DNA of 64,000 nt, from IMG/VR virus record IMGVR_UViG_3300020530_000425. One strand, given 5' to 3'. A program made the position numbers and the translations under genes. The notes beneath the pieces are model-generated. The model was not told where the DNA came from and ran no database searches. It worked only from the letters and a program-made list of their open reading frames with translations. Positions 1-9,433 of the stretch are shown here, in pieces. Origin of the DNA: an uncultured virus (IMG/VR IMGVR_UViG_3300020530_000425) (lineage: Duplodnaviria > Heunggongvirae > Uroviricota > Caudoviricetes). The stretch's first letter is position 1. Each line of letters starts with the position of its first letter.

Positions 1-3000
1 CTTATGAACTTTACCACCACTAACTGCCTGTGCTTCTTGTAGGTTTGTTTTTTCAGCTAAACCCAACTTATCAGTAACATACGTTACTTCTTTATATCCA
101 TAGTTTTGTAATTGTTTAACTACATCGTTTCTATCTGCTTTAGGGTCATTACAAACAATTGCTCCAATCTTTTTTCTAACAAATGAACCTGCGTTATCCC
201 ATATTTGCATAATTGCTTTGAAGTGCCAATCATTTGGACCAACTTCTTTTAAAGATTTTGCAGGTTCATATCCTCTATCTTCAGTATCTTTTTTATCTAT
301 TTGGTGTCCTACCTGCTTTGTAGTATCATCAAAATCATAAGTATCTAATTCTGAACTATACCCCATATCAGGTGTGTAGTTGCCGGTTTTATGATGTTGT
401 AAAAAATTCTTTTCAGCATCAGATTTTGCGTGTTTTAGATGAGTTCTTACTCCTATAGATTCTCCTCTTGGTATTCTGAATGTTGTTGCCTTTTTACCAT
501 TTATTGTTGGCATTCCGTGGTCATCAGTTCCAATATCTTTAACGGTAACTTTTTTATTTTTAAACTTACCCATTAAAACTTCATCACCCTTATCAACATC
601 TAAATTAATATCTTCTTTAACAAAATCAGTTTCTACATATTCTACATTTGGTAAATTTTTTATAGTATACTTTATAGTTCTTTCTTCCGCTTCATCATCT
701 CCAAATATAGCATCTGCTTTTGGAAATTCAGTTTGTGTGTATCCACCATTTTTGTACCAAGCTTCACCTTTATCGGTATCTAATGCTCTCTTCTTGCCTT
801 TCTTTATAAATGCGCCATCTGGAACATCTGCGGTGTTTGCAGTTTGAACATTACTAACTTCGTTATATATTTGTTTATTTATTCTTCCATACTCTCTCAT
901 CAGAATTCCAGCTACGGCATGTGCTTGGTTTTCTATAGGAGAACCATCTGCCCCATCTTTTTCTGCATTTCTAACTAATCCCAACTCATCTTGCTTTCTA
1001 TGAACCATTTCATGTGCAAGTGTACGAAGTATATCCGCTGTCAATCTACCCTCTGTTGCTACATATATTGATTTATCATCTGGATTATACCCACCCAAAG
1101 ATGTTTTTACTTCAGCAAATTCTCTACCACCAACTAATGTTACATTTGGAGATTCTTTTAACTTCAATCTTTTAGTTGCAAACTCTACAAAGTTCTGAAT
1201 AGATTGATGTTTTGATTCAGATAAATCCTCTTTCATCAAATCCGAAGCGTTAGCCATCGATTGGTTTTTAGTTCCTTCTTTTTTATATCGAGCAATCGTT
1301 TGTATCAATTGTTCATCGGATAGTTTATAGTTTTGCATTATTTCTAATGTTTTTTCTATAAACTTTGGCACAAACTTTTTCGTATCAAATTCTTCTTCAC
1401 CCTCTTTATTTTCAAATATTTTAGCTACCCCTAATGCAATACCTCCTAATGAAGCTTGTGCTTGATTAGCTCCCAATGATTCAAACGCAGAGTGTTTTAT
1501 TATATCTTTAACTATATACGCCCCCAAATTCCCTCCTCCAAATTTGGTTGCTATTCCTGCACCAGCTCCTTGTATAACACCACTAATACCCGCTCCTTTA
1601 GATGCGGCCGCAATACCTCCTATCAATCCTCCGGTAACTGCGATTGAACCCATAATTATTGCGGTAGTTTTTACTAAACCTCCAACGGCCTTTTTTTGTC
1701 TTTTACTTTCTTTCCAAGACTTTTCCGCTAATTCTCTTTGTTCCGGTGTTAAATCTTCTCTAAATACGGGTTCTTTTGTTGTTTTTGGCTTTCCTAACCA
1801 ATTTTTTTCTTGTACCTTATTTCCATCCGCATCCACTACATCATGACCATGTTTATCTTTTTTATAAACAGGAACTTCTTTCATTTTAGGTTTGCGATTT
1901 CCAAAAGCATTTAACTTACTTGTAGTTGAATCAGGTTCTGTAAAATCATCCCAATGTTTAGTTTTACCCTCTGAATCCTTAACACCTCCCCATCGTCCAG
2001 TGGTTGCCAATGATTTTATAGCACTACCTGTTCCCACCAGCATTTCTTTGTTATGCTGATATGTATGCATAATGCCATGCCCAATCTTTGATGCTGCTTT
2101 TTTTAGTACACTCATAGCCCCTTTTCTTTCTTCCGATTGTGGGCTATTTACTTTATCAATTGATTCGTTATCTTCTTTTGATAATCCTTTTCTAGCATTA
2201 TTTAAATTTTCTGTTGTTTTCGCGTCTTTCTTTTCTTTATCAGATTTTTCGGCAGACGATTTTAACTCACCTCCACTTAATTTTTGAGATGGTGGTGGCG
2301 GTGGTGGTGGCGGTGGTGGTTTTGGTACGCCCTGTTTTGGTTTCGTTGCATCCACCTTACCTTGTGCAGTTGCCCCCTTATTTACAGGTTGCCCTGGTTG
2401 TGGCGGTGGAGGTGGTGGAGGTGGAGGTGGTTTTGGTATTCCACCACTTTGTTTTTTCTTAACTGCATCAGCTTCGGCAGGAGTTAGGGTTCTAATTTTA
2501 CCATCGTCAGATTTGTGACTCGCAGGTCCTTTAGCATCTTTACCATAGTATCCACCACCCAAATGTTTTAATCCCATTTTTTCGGCTTCACTTTCTTCGT
2601 TAAAATATGTTCTGGTAAATTCTTCGAACATTTCTTCCATTGCAACTCTACCAAGTATTTCTGCAATTGGGTTATATAACTCATTCGTTGGATGTTCGGT
2701 TTCATGCCGTGTAGGATGTGGTTCGGGTCTCATTTCATACGATGGCTTTGTATTATTGCTCTCATCCGTTGAACCCGTTGGTGCACCATTAATGTATCCT
2801 CCTGGAAGATTTAATCCAGTTCCTATACCACCTGGAAAACCATTTTCATTTAATTTACCTGTTATCATACCGAATACCTCTTTATCAAATTTTGGATATG
2901 CTTTTAAAAATCCCTTTTTCTTTTCATCATCACTCCCTTTACCCAACCAATTACGAACATCTGTTCCACTAATTGGATTTGGTTCAGCAGGAACGGCGTA

Positions 3001-3411
3001 TACATATCCAATTTCCTCGTATCCGTATCCAGCTTTTTCTTTATATGGTTTAAAATATTTACCTGCTAATCTATCTGCATCCTTTTCTCCAACTGCCGCA
3101 ACATACGCAGTAGTTTTACCATCAAATTGAGATAATATTTCTTTTGGAGCATACGGATTACGAACTTGAACTATCTTATTCGATGGTATTCCAAACATTG
3201 TAGTAATTATTTTTACCTTCTCATTAAAATTAAAAGGAGATTTTGGTCCTGATGTATCATTGGAGGTTCCAATATATACATTTGATTTTCCAAATTTTTG
3301 AGCAAGTTTTAAATAAGAAACATAATGCCCCTTATGGAATGGTTGGAAACGGCCGGAGTATACTACTACGGTTTTTTTTACTACTGGTTTATCTTTTTCG
3401 TTTAAATTCAT
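1..3411 (-). CDS. Large multidomain protein, truncated at window edge (>1137 aa): HIGH-family nucleotidyltransferase domain, two Pro10 tracts, Gly-rich hydrophobic segment, HExxH zincin-like metallopeptidase domain and further small domains
   Basis: Absent from the ORF track because it has no stop in the window. Manual translation from ATG at 3411 gives MNLNEKDKPVVKKTVVVYSGRFQPFHKGH...ISGTDVR; LAHEMVHRKQ (HEMVH at 1000-1014) followed by ENQA; the frame stays open to base 1. Confidence 0.9.
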   Translation of the reverse strand, partial: MNLNEKDKPVVKKTVVVYSGRFQPFHKGHYVSYLKLAQKFGKSNVYIGTSNDTSGPKSPFNFNEKVKIITTMFGIPSNKIVQVRNPYAPKEILSQFDGKTTAYVAAVGEKDADRLAGKYFKPYKEKAGYGYEEIGYVYAVPAEPNPISGTDVRNWLGKGSDDEKKKGFLKAYPKFDKEVFGMITGKLNENGFPGGIGTGLNLPGGYINGAPTGSTDESNNTKPSYEMRPEPHPTRHETEHPTNELYNPIAEILGRVAMEEMFEEFTRTYFNEESEAEKMGLKHLGGGYYGKDAKGPASHKSDDGKIRTLTPAEADAVKKKQSGGIPKPPPPPPPPPPQPGQPVNKGATAQGKVDATKPKQGVPKPPPPPPPPPPSQKLSGGELKSSAEKSDKEKKDAKTTENLNNARKGLSKEDNESIDKVNSPQSEERKGAMSVLKKAASKIGHGIMHTYQHNKEMLVGTGSAIKSLATTGRWGGVKDSEGKTKHWDDFTEPDSTTSKLNAFGNRKPKMKEVPVYKKDKHGHDVVDADGNKVQEKNWLGKPKTTKEPVFREDLTPEQRELAEKSWKESKRQKKAVGGLVKTTAIIMGSIAVTGGLIGGIAAASKGAGISGVIQGAGAGIATKFGGGNLGAYIVKDIIKHSAFESLGANQAQASLGGIALGVAKIFENKEGEEEFDTKKFVPKFIEKTLEIMQNYKLSDEQLIQTIARYKKEGTKNQSMANASDLMKEDLSESKHQSIQNFVEFATKRLKLKESPNVTLVGGREFAEVKTSLGGYNPDDKSIYVATEGRLTADILRTLAHEMVHRKQDELGLVRNAEKDGADGSPIENQAHAVAGILMREYGRINKQIYNEVSNVQTANTADVPDGAFIKKGKKRALDTDKGEAWYKNGGYTQTEFPKADAIFGDDEAEERTIKYTIKNLPNVEYVETDFVKEDINLDVDKGDEVLMGKFKNKKVTVKDIGTDDHGMPTINGKKATTFRIPRGESIGVRTHLKHAKSDAEKNFLQHHKTGNYTPDMGYSSELDTYDFDDTTKQVGHQIDKKDTEDRGYEPAKSLKEVGPNDWHFKAIMQIWDNAGSFVRKKIGAIVCNDPKADRNDVVKQLQNYGYKEVTYVTDKLGLAEKTNLQEAQAVSGGKVHK
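2290..2430 (-). repeat. Two in-frame CCN tracts each encoding 10 prolines (2401-2430 and 2290-2319)
   Basis: GIPK-P10 and GVPK-P10 read directly from the minus strand. Confidence 0.95.
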
Positions 3412-3414
3412 ACA

Positions 3415-3422
3415 TATAAATA
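3415..3422 (-). promoter_or_regulatory. Candidate late promoter TATTTATA
   Basis: Sense-strand TATTTATA 3 nt before the ATG at 3411; recurs in most intergenic gaps. Confidence 0.55.
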
Positions 3423-3425
3423 TAA

Positions 3426-4865
3426 CTAAATAAGAGTCTTATTAAAATCTAACAAAAAATTTATTACTAATTGCATTTCTTTGTTAGATTCTATATTTTT
3501 ATAAGAGTGTTTCCCATAGTTAAAAAATAGTTTTTGATTATCTATACATATTTCTTTTACATTATTTAAAAACTCATCCTTTTCCTCTTTTGTTTTGTTT
3601 GAAAATTTAGTAATTTCATCTTGAATTAGTCGCAATCTAGCAAAATCATCACATTCCATATCATAACTCTCATCAATATACGGATGAAATGTTTTAAATC
3701 CAAATCTGTTTCTTAAATATTCCAATGATTTAGCAGGTCCTGCTAATATAAATGGTTGGCAATGTCCGATTGGTTTCCATATTTTTTCTGAAAGATATCC
3801 TGTTGGGAAATTTACAAATACATCATCAGCACCTTTTGATTGAAAAAAAACAGATTCAGTTACAATACTTACATAAGAATTTAAATAAATATTTTTATCT
3901 TCAAATCCAAATCCAGCTATTTTAGTTAAATCATCTATATCTAATACCGAAGATGTTTCTTCAATTAATTTACCGAATTCTTCATTTCTATCGTGACGAT
4001 ACATTTCTTCCACTATGTTTTTTGAATAAAATCTTTTATCCCAAGATACTAAATTTTTATCTAAACCTAATTTATGCAAATGACTCAATAATAATAATCT
4101 ATGCAATTTCCAATGCCTGGACAACAATAAAAAATCTTTTTTATCTTTTCCAATACTTTCTTCAAATTCTGTATGAGTTGCAACGGTGGATACTCCAGAT
4201 TTAATGGCTCCTACCTGTGGTTCGTTTGAATTCTCACCCCAATAACGAAAATCTGGATTATTTATTATATTATTAAATTCTTGAGATTTAGCAACCATAT
4301 TTAAGGCATAATCGGCTACTTTATATTTTAATCCCAATTTTTTAAGATTCTTTTTTAATTTAAAATCTGCAAATAAAAAATAAACTTTTTCTTCAGGTAT
4401 TTCTTTATCACGAATATTTTTAATTAATCTTTCAAAATTTTCTATTTCAATACCTTCACCTCCATCTATTGTATAATGTAAAAATAATTTACCATTACCA
4501 TTTTTTATTTCATCAATTGCTACTTTTGACATGAAATTTAAAGCAAATTCATGTATTGGATGGTTTCCAAAAAATTGATTTAAATTGCCAAATGGTTCTA
4601 CAATATAAAACCAATCGTAATTAACACCATTTTTTCTATCTTCTTTTATTTGATAAATTGATTTTTTTACAGCATATTTTTCAAAATAATTACTATTATA
4701 TACCGCCCAATCACAATTCCATCTTTTAGAAAAAAATGCACCTGAATTTGAAAAATCAAAATCAGATGCATTATGTATTGTGTTTATGTATTTTGGATTC
4801 ATACAATTCGGCAATTCACCATTGTATGTTATTATATCATACCCAAAAATTAATTTACTATTCAT
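3426..4865 (-). CDS. GT10 (fucosyltransferase)-like putative glycosyltransferase, paralog 1
   Basis: C-terminal SIVTESVF...YLSEKIWKPI..QPFILAG...GFKTFHPYIDESYD resembles the GT10 motif (FENS..DYITEK); shared with three paralogs here. Confidence 0.55.
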   Translation of the reverse strand: MNSKLIFGYDIITYNGELPNCMNPKYINTIHNASDFDFSNSGAFFSKRWNCDWAVYNSNYFEKYAVKKSIYQIKEDRKNGVNYDWFYIVEPFGNLNQFFGNHPIHEFALNFMSKVAIDEIKNGNGKLFLHYTIDGGEGIEIENFERLIKNIRDKEIPEEKVYFLFADFKLKKNLKKLGLKYKVADYALNMVAKSQEFNNIINNPDFRYWGENSNEPQVGAIKSGVSTVATHTEFEESIGKDKKDFLLLSRHWKLHRLLLLSHLHKLGLDKNLVSWDKRFYSKNIVEEMYRHDRNEEFGKLIEETSSVLDIDDLTKIAGFGFEDKNIYLNSYVSIVTESVFFQSKGADDVFVNFPTGYLSEKIWKPIGHCQPFILAGPAKSLEYLRNRFGFKTFHPYIDESYDMECDDFARLRLIQDEITKFSNKTKEEKDEFLNNVKEICIDNQKLFFNYGKHSYKNIESNKEMQLVINFLLDFNKTLI

Positions 4866-4888
4866 ATAGATGTTTTGTTTTTAATATC

Positions 4889-5014
4889 TTAAAATGATTT
4901 GTAAACGAATGGGTCTCTTTTTTTAAGTTCTTCTAATTTTTTTTTAATTTTTTTCTTTGTTTGATATGCTTGATACCACTTTACAAAGAATGAGATAATA
5001 GGTAAATTTTTCAT
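4889..5014 (-). CDS. 41-aa basic small protein ending RDPFVYKSF
   Basis: Below the ORF-track cutoff. MKNLPIISFFVKWYQAYQTKKKIKKKLEELKKRDPFVYKSF* fills the gap between co-oriented genes. Confidence 0.75.
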   Translation of the reverse strand: MKNLPIISFFVKWYQAYQTKKKIKKKLEELKKRDPFVYKSF

Positions 5015-5019
5015 ATTAG

Positions 5020-5562
5020 TTAGTTTTCGTAGTATAATGCAGGCCATTCAACAATAATATGAACGCCACCTTCATTGTATGCATCTGTATATATCTTATA
5101 AATATCATTTGGATTTTTTAATTCCCAAATTTTTGTAAATTGTAATATGGATTTGAATTCTTGTGTATAATCGTTTCTATGTTGAATACCTGGGTCTAAT
5201 GGATTTGTACTACCAACACCAACTCTAATTATGATGTTTGCTTTTTTACCCGTCATATTCTCAAACTTATCAGCATGATTTATTAACTGATTTGCAGCCG
5301 ATACTAAAAAATCCCAACGTGGATAAAATGATATAACGGTTTTTCCTGTGATAGCTAATCCTAAACTCATACCCATTTGAGTTTCTTCCATAACAGGTAA
5401 TTCAATCATTTTTTCTTTTGGAACTTCACCCAGTGTTGTACTCATAGGGTTTCCCGCATAGACAATTTGTTGCCCAACAAAGATTGTATCTTCTTTTTGA
5501 GCAAGAAATGTCATTGCTTTAGTAAGTTCATCTTTATATGGTGATAGTTGTGGTGTACTCAT
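5020..5562 (-). CDS. Transketolase/E1-beta pyrimidine-binding domain protein (no C-terminal domain)
   Basis: ELPVMEETQMGMSLGLAITG, DFLVSAANQLIN, PGIQH motifs; only 180 aa. Confidence 0.85.
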   Translation of the reverse strand: MSTPQLSPYKDELTKAMTFLAQKEDTIFVGQQIVYAGNPMSTTLGEVPKEKMIELPVMEETQMGMSLGLAITGKTVISFYPRWDFLVSAANQLINHADKFENMTGKKANIIIRVGVGSTNPLDPGIQHRNDYTQEFKSILQFTKIWELKNPNDIYKIYTDAYNEGGVHIIVEWPALYYEN

Positions 5563-5563
5563 A

Positions 5564-6679
5564 TTATATGTTTAAATTTAAATGATGAAAATTGTGATTT
5601 ACAAATTTGTTATTATTTATTTTATTTATTTCTTTTAAAAAATCATCAAACAATTCATGTTCTTCATTAAATACTTGCAACTCTTTTAAAGTTTCATCTG
5701 TATATGTTCCCCAATCTACTATTTGTCTATATTGTATCCATAAATCAAATGTTGAATCTTTAAATATATTAGTCATTATCTCATAAAACAAATGCATTTC
5801 TTTATAGTTGTGTTTACTAACTACCATAGAGCATATAAATTGGTTTATTGTTTTTTGTTTTGATAAAAATTTTAAATTGGTTATTAATCTATCCCAATTA
5901 CTATTTAATCTAGTCTTATTTTCGTATGTATCTTTTGTTGCAGCGTCAATACTAACTTCTATTGTTTTAATGTAAGGACTTGCTTTCATTTGATTCCAAA
6001 GCTTTTCATCCAATAAATTACCATTGGTAATTATTTGCAATTGTTCTAACTTTGGATATTTTGTTATATCAAAGTTTATCAAATAATCTCTATAAATCTT
6101 TGAGTAAAACGGGTCACCACTTCCTGTTACCATTATACATTTTAATCCACTTGCAAAGTTATCTTCAATGGATTTTAATAAATGCAACTTTGCTTTATGT
6201 TGAGGAGATTGTAAATCATCATTTGGAATTAAATTAACTCTACACGATGGACATTTTAAATTACAACTTCTATCAAACCCAAATAAAATTTCTTGAGGAG
6301 GTAATTTAAAATTAATTACATCTTCTTCGGTATGTATATTATACACTTCTTTAAACTCTTCTATTTCTCTAAAAAAACAGGGCTTTCTACCTGTATTTAT
6401 TAACTCATTTAATCTTGGGCATACCGTGTGATTGCAATATGTGTAAGTCCCATCTAAAACTGATTTACGAATGTTTTTAGCGGGAGTAGATGTCCAATTT
6501 CTCATTACATCATCGGTTTCATTTATTGGAAACCAACTTTCATTTCCGTTCTCATCTACTCTGATACTTTGCGGTGCCCAAGAAGGACAGCATACGAATT
6601 GAGATATCGATTGTACATCACTATACATAAACGGCATCTCACAAACGTATTTTTTAAGTATGTCCTCTTTTTTATCCAT
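5564..6679 (-). CDS. Radical SAM protein with N-terminal twitch/SPASM-like Cys cluster
   Basis: CNLKCPSC, GSGDPF, ITNG, VSIDA; N-terminal CEMPF..CCPSW..YCNHTVCP. Confidence 0.9.
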   Translation of the reverse strand: MDKKEDILKKYVCEMPFMYSDVQSISQFVCCPSWAPQSIRVDENGNESWFPINETDDVMRNWTSTPAKNIRKSVLDGTYTYCNHTVCPRLNELINTGRKPCFFREIEEFKEVYNIHTEEDVINFKLPPQEILFGFDRSCNLKCPSCRVNLIPNDDLQSPQHKAKLHLLKSIEDNFASGLKCIMVTGSGDPFYSKIYRDYLINFDITKYPKLEQLQIITNGNLLDEKLWNQMKASPYIKTIEVSIDAATKDTYENKTRLNSNWDRLITNLKFLSKQKTINQFICSMVVSKHNYKEMHLFYEIMTNIFKDSTFDLWIQYRQIVDWGTYTDETLKELQVFNEEHELFDDFLKEINKINNNKFVNHNFHHLNLNI

Positions 6680-7671
6680 TAAGGTTTTGAATTTGGGTTA
6701 TATTGGTGTTTGTTAGCTTTATACCACTCAATAGTTTCTTTAAGAGCTTGTTTCAAATCTCTTTTTGGTTTCCATCCTAAATCATTAATCTTTTTAGAAG
6801 ATAGTAATCTAATAGGAATCATTGGTGCTTTGTTATTAACATATTCAATTGGATTAGTGTTGTTATCCAATTCTTTAATTGTTGTAAGTGTTTCGTTTAC
6901 CGTAAATCCTTCACCATAACATACATTAAAGATATCGTATGTATCGTTGTTTTCTGCTACAAAGATAAAACCATCTGCCATATCTTCAACGTGTAGTAAA
7001 TCTCTTACTTCAGTACCATCACCCCAAACTGGGATTGGGTTTAACCCATCTGCAACTTTACGAATGTTTGCTGGAGTAACGTGACACTTTTCAAAATCAA
7101 ACTTATCATTAGGTCCAAATGCATTTGAAGGTCTGACAATCAAACACTGCATTGGTTCGTGAATCTGATTTGAGAAAAAATCACATAACATTTCACCATA
7201 TCTCTTCATACCACCAACTGCTTTATAAACAGGCAACATTGGAGTTGCGTGAACATTTATATCTTCAGTACAAAATTCAGTACCCATATCTGGATAAGTT
7301 GTATTTGATGAAATAAACAAAAACTTACGAACTTTGTTTTTCCAACTCTGTTCCATAAGATTTACATTCATCTCCACATTTGGAGTAACGTGTAATAGTG
7401 GATTGAATTTAGTATCCAATGCGTTTGATGTGTTCGCTGCACAATGAAAAACTACATCTACATCTTTACTGATTAACTCACAAAACTCTGCATTTTGTAA
7501 ATCTCCTTTGATATGTTCTACTTCGGATGTTCCTTCGAAATCATTTCTCAAATCTCTGCTAAATGATGTTGACCGAAGGTTTCTGTAACCCTTTTCATGT
7601 AATAACCTTAATAAATGTGAACCTATAAATCCACTTGCTCCTGTAACTAAAACTTTGTCTGTTTTTTTCAT
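6679..7671 (-). CDS. NAD-dependent epimerase/reductase (extended SDR, GDP-fucose-synthase-like)
   Basis: TGASGFIG, RPSNAFGPND, WGDGTEVRDLLHVEDMA; the YxxxK position reads VGGMK. Confidence 0.88.
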   Translation of the reverse strand: MKKTDKVLVTGASGFIGSHLLRLLHEKGYRNLRSTSFSRDLRNDFEGTSEVEHIKGDLQNAEFCELISKDVDVVFHCAANTSNALDTKFNPLLHVTPNVEMNVNLMEQSWKNKVRKFLFISSNTTYPDMGTEFCTEDINVHATPMLPVYKAVGGMKRYGEMLCDFFSNQIHEPMQCLIVRPSNAFGPNDKFDFEKCHVTPANIRKVADGLNPIPVWGDGTEVRDLLHVEDMADGFIFVAENNDTYDIFNVCYGEGFTVNETLTTIKELDNNTNPIEYVNNKAPMIPIRLLSSKKINDLGWKPKRDLKQALKETIEWYKANKHQYNPNSKP

Positions 7672-7676
7672 TTTGT

Positions 7677-8720
7677 TTAATTAAAAATTTTCCAATTTAA
7701 TACTACATCGTTTACAAATTTATGAGTTAATATGGATGATGTGTGCCCATACCAACTTTTTTCTAAATATTTCTTTTGCTCATCAATACTCATACCGTTC
7801 ATTTCTCTCCACAAAACTTTTGGTAGATTATCAGTTTCTAATTCTAAATTAAAGTTTCTAATACTCCATTCTATTATTCCTCCGTATAAAGATACTAAAT
7901 TTTCTTCAAAAAACCAAAAATATTTACTAAAATCTATCTTATCTGCATAAGTTTTTACATACGCGTTATCAAATTCTAATTCTTTTTGTTCCCAAGTGTT
8001 GCAAATATCTTTATTTTGAATTATACATTCGTAAACTGACTTATCTGTTGGTGTATGATAATATGGTGGTGTTCTACCTTCTCTTAAATAATTTTTAGAA
8101 AAGTTGTTATTCATATTAAAAAACTTTATTTTTGTAATTCCATTTACTTCTAAAAAGTTAAGCAATAATAAAATATATTCAAACCATTCAAAATATCTTT
8201 CATCATACGTCATAACTTTATCTAACCATGCAAATGTAACAGGGTCAATATTTATAGGATTATTAGTTGGATTAAATCCACCAGTTAAATGAAAATATCC
8301 ATGCTCGTATGGTGTTGTTTTTTCTTTACCATTTATTAGATAATCATTACTATGTACCCAACTGTTGTTGTGTTTAATATAACTAATTGCAGGGTTTTTA
8401 TTATTATCATATTTTTCTGGTGAAATAAAAAATGAATTTCTAGTCAAAGTTGTCCATTGTGCAATTACTGATATATCATTTGGGTCTACCCCTTGTTTTA
8501 GTAAATCAGAAACTTTATAAATAATAGAACGAGCAATTGTTTTATTATCATTAGTTATAGTTCCATAATTATGTAATTCATGAGTTTCTTTTAGATTTTC
8601 TTGTAACCAATGAGCCCAAGTCCAATTTTCAATTGGGTCTCTTTCCCATCGTTTTTCATCTTCTAAATTACATCTATAATTGTTAGTAAAAGAACAGCCA
8701 GATACTACTATATGTTTCAT
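7677..8720 (-). CDS. SGNH/GDSL-like protein (GCSFT family), paralog 1
   Basis: SGCSFT at the N-terminus, AQWT block, C-terminal GH. Start moved to MKHIVV (8720), which forms an ATGA overlap with the upstream stop. Confidence 0.65.
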   Translation of the reverse strand: MKHIVVSGCSFTNNYRCNLEDEKRWERDPIENWTWAHWLQENLKETHELHNYGTITNDNKTIARSIIYKVSDLLKQGVDPNDISVIAQWTTLTRNSFFISPEKYDNNKNPAISYIKHNNSWVHSNDYLINGKEKTTPYEHGYFHLTGGFNPTNNPINIDPVTFAWLDKVMTYDERYFEWFEYILLLLNFLEVNGITKIKFFNMNNNFSKNYLREGRTPPYYHTPTDKSVYECIIQNKDICNTWEQKELEFDNAYVKTYADKIDFSKYFWFFEENLVSLYGGIIEWSIRNFNLELETDNLPKVLWREMNGMSIDEQKKYLEKSWYGHTSSILTHKFVNDVVLNWKIFN

Positions 8721-9433
8721 ATATAATTTAATGTTTGTAATTTGTTTGATAAAACATTTGCCCACATTTCATGTCCTTCTTTATTAGGATGGTCATTTTT
8801 AATTGTTTTAGTATACCCGCCAAATGTTTCCTTTAAGAAATTTGGATAATTTAGTATTTCATTATCTGAAATTATGCAACTATCCCACCCAAAAAAATGC
8901 AAATGTTTATAACCATTTAGCTCTAAATACGCATACAATGATTTTATATAATTTTTCGTTTTATTTATTTGATATTTTGTATTTAAAAAATATCCTATAA
9001 ATCTCTGCAAATCATTATTGTGTAATTCTAATAATTTTTTTGTGGTTTCATCCGTTTTATTATAATCTGAATTTTTATTTACTACATGTTTAGAAAATAT
9101 TCCATAAAAATTTACGTCTTTTAATACTTTATCTGATACTGGAATTAATGCGTTTGGTATTGTAAAATACCATTCTCTATTATCGTATGTTGTAGGAAGT
9201 TCCATACGGGTATAATGTGTCCATTGAATTATTAATACATCTTCTTTATTAAATCCTTCATTTAAAATATAAAAAGCTTTTCTAAAAATATAATCGTTGG
9301 ATGCCCCACAATTTCCAAAATTATGACAATCTACTTTATGTTTTTCAGAAAGCAATTTTGTATAATTTTCTATTTGAAAATTTTCTAAACCCTGACCTTC
9401 TGTAAAAGAGCATCCAACCGAATATAATTTCAT
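8717..9433 (-). CDS. SGNH/GDSL-like protein (GCSFT family), paralog 2
   Basis: VGCSFTEG, GASNDYIFR, IQWT, DHPNKEGHEMWA. Confidence 0.75.
   Translation of the reverse strand: MKLYSVGCSFTEGQGLENFQIENYTKLLSEKHKVDCHNFGNCGASNDYIFRKAFYILNEGFNKEDVLIIQWTHYTRMELPTTYDNREWYFTIPNALIPVSDKVLKDVNFYGIFSKHVVNKNSDYNKTDETTKKLLELHNNDLQRFIGYFLNTKYQINKTKNYIKSLYAYLELNGYKHLHFFGWDSCIISDNEILNYPNFLKETFGGYTKTIKNDHPNKEGHEMWANVLSNKLQTLNYI

Noticed and set aside
2214..2487. Plus-strand Trp/Arg-rich and Val-rich ORFs resembling antimicrobial peptides
   Set aside because: They are antisense readings of the polyproline codons of the large minus-strand gene.
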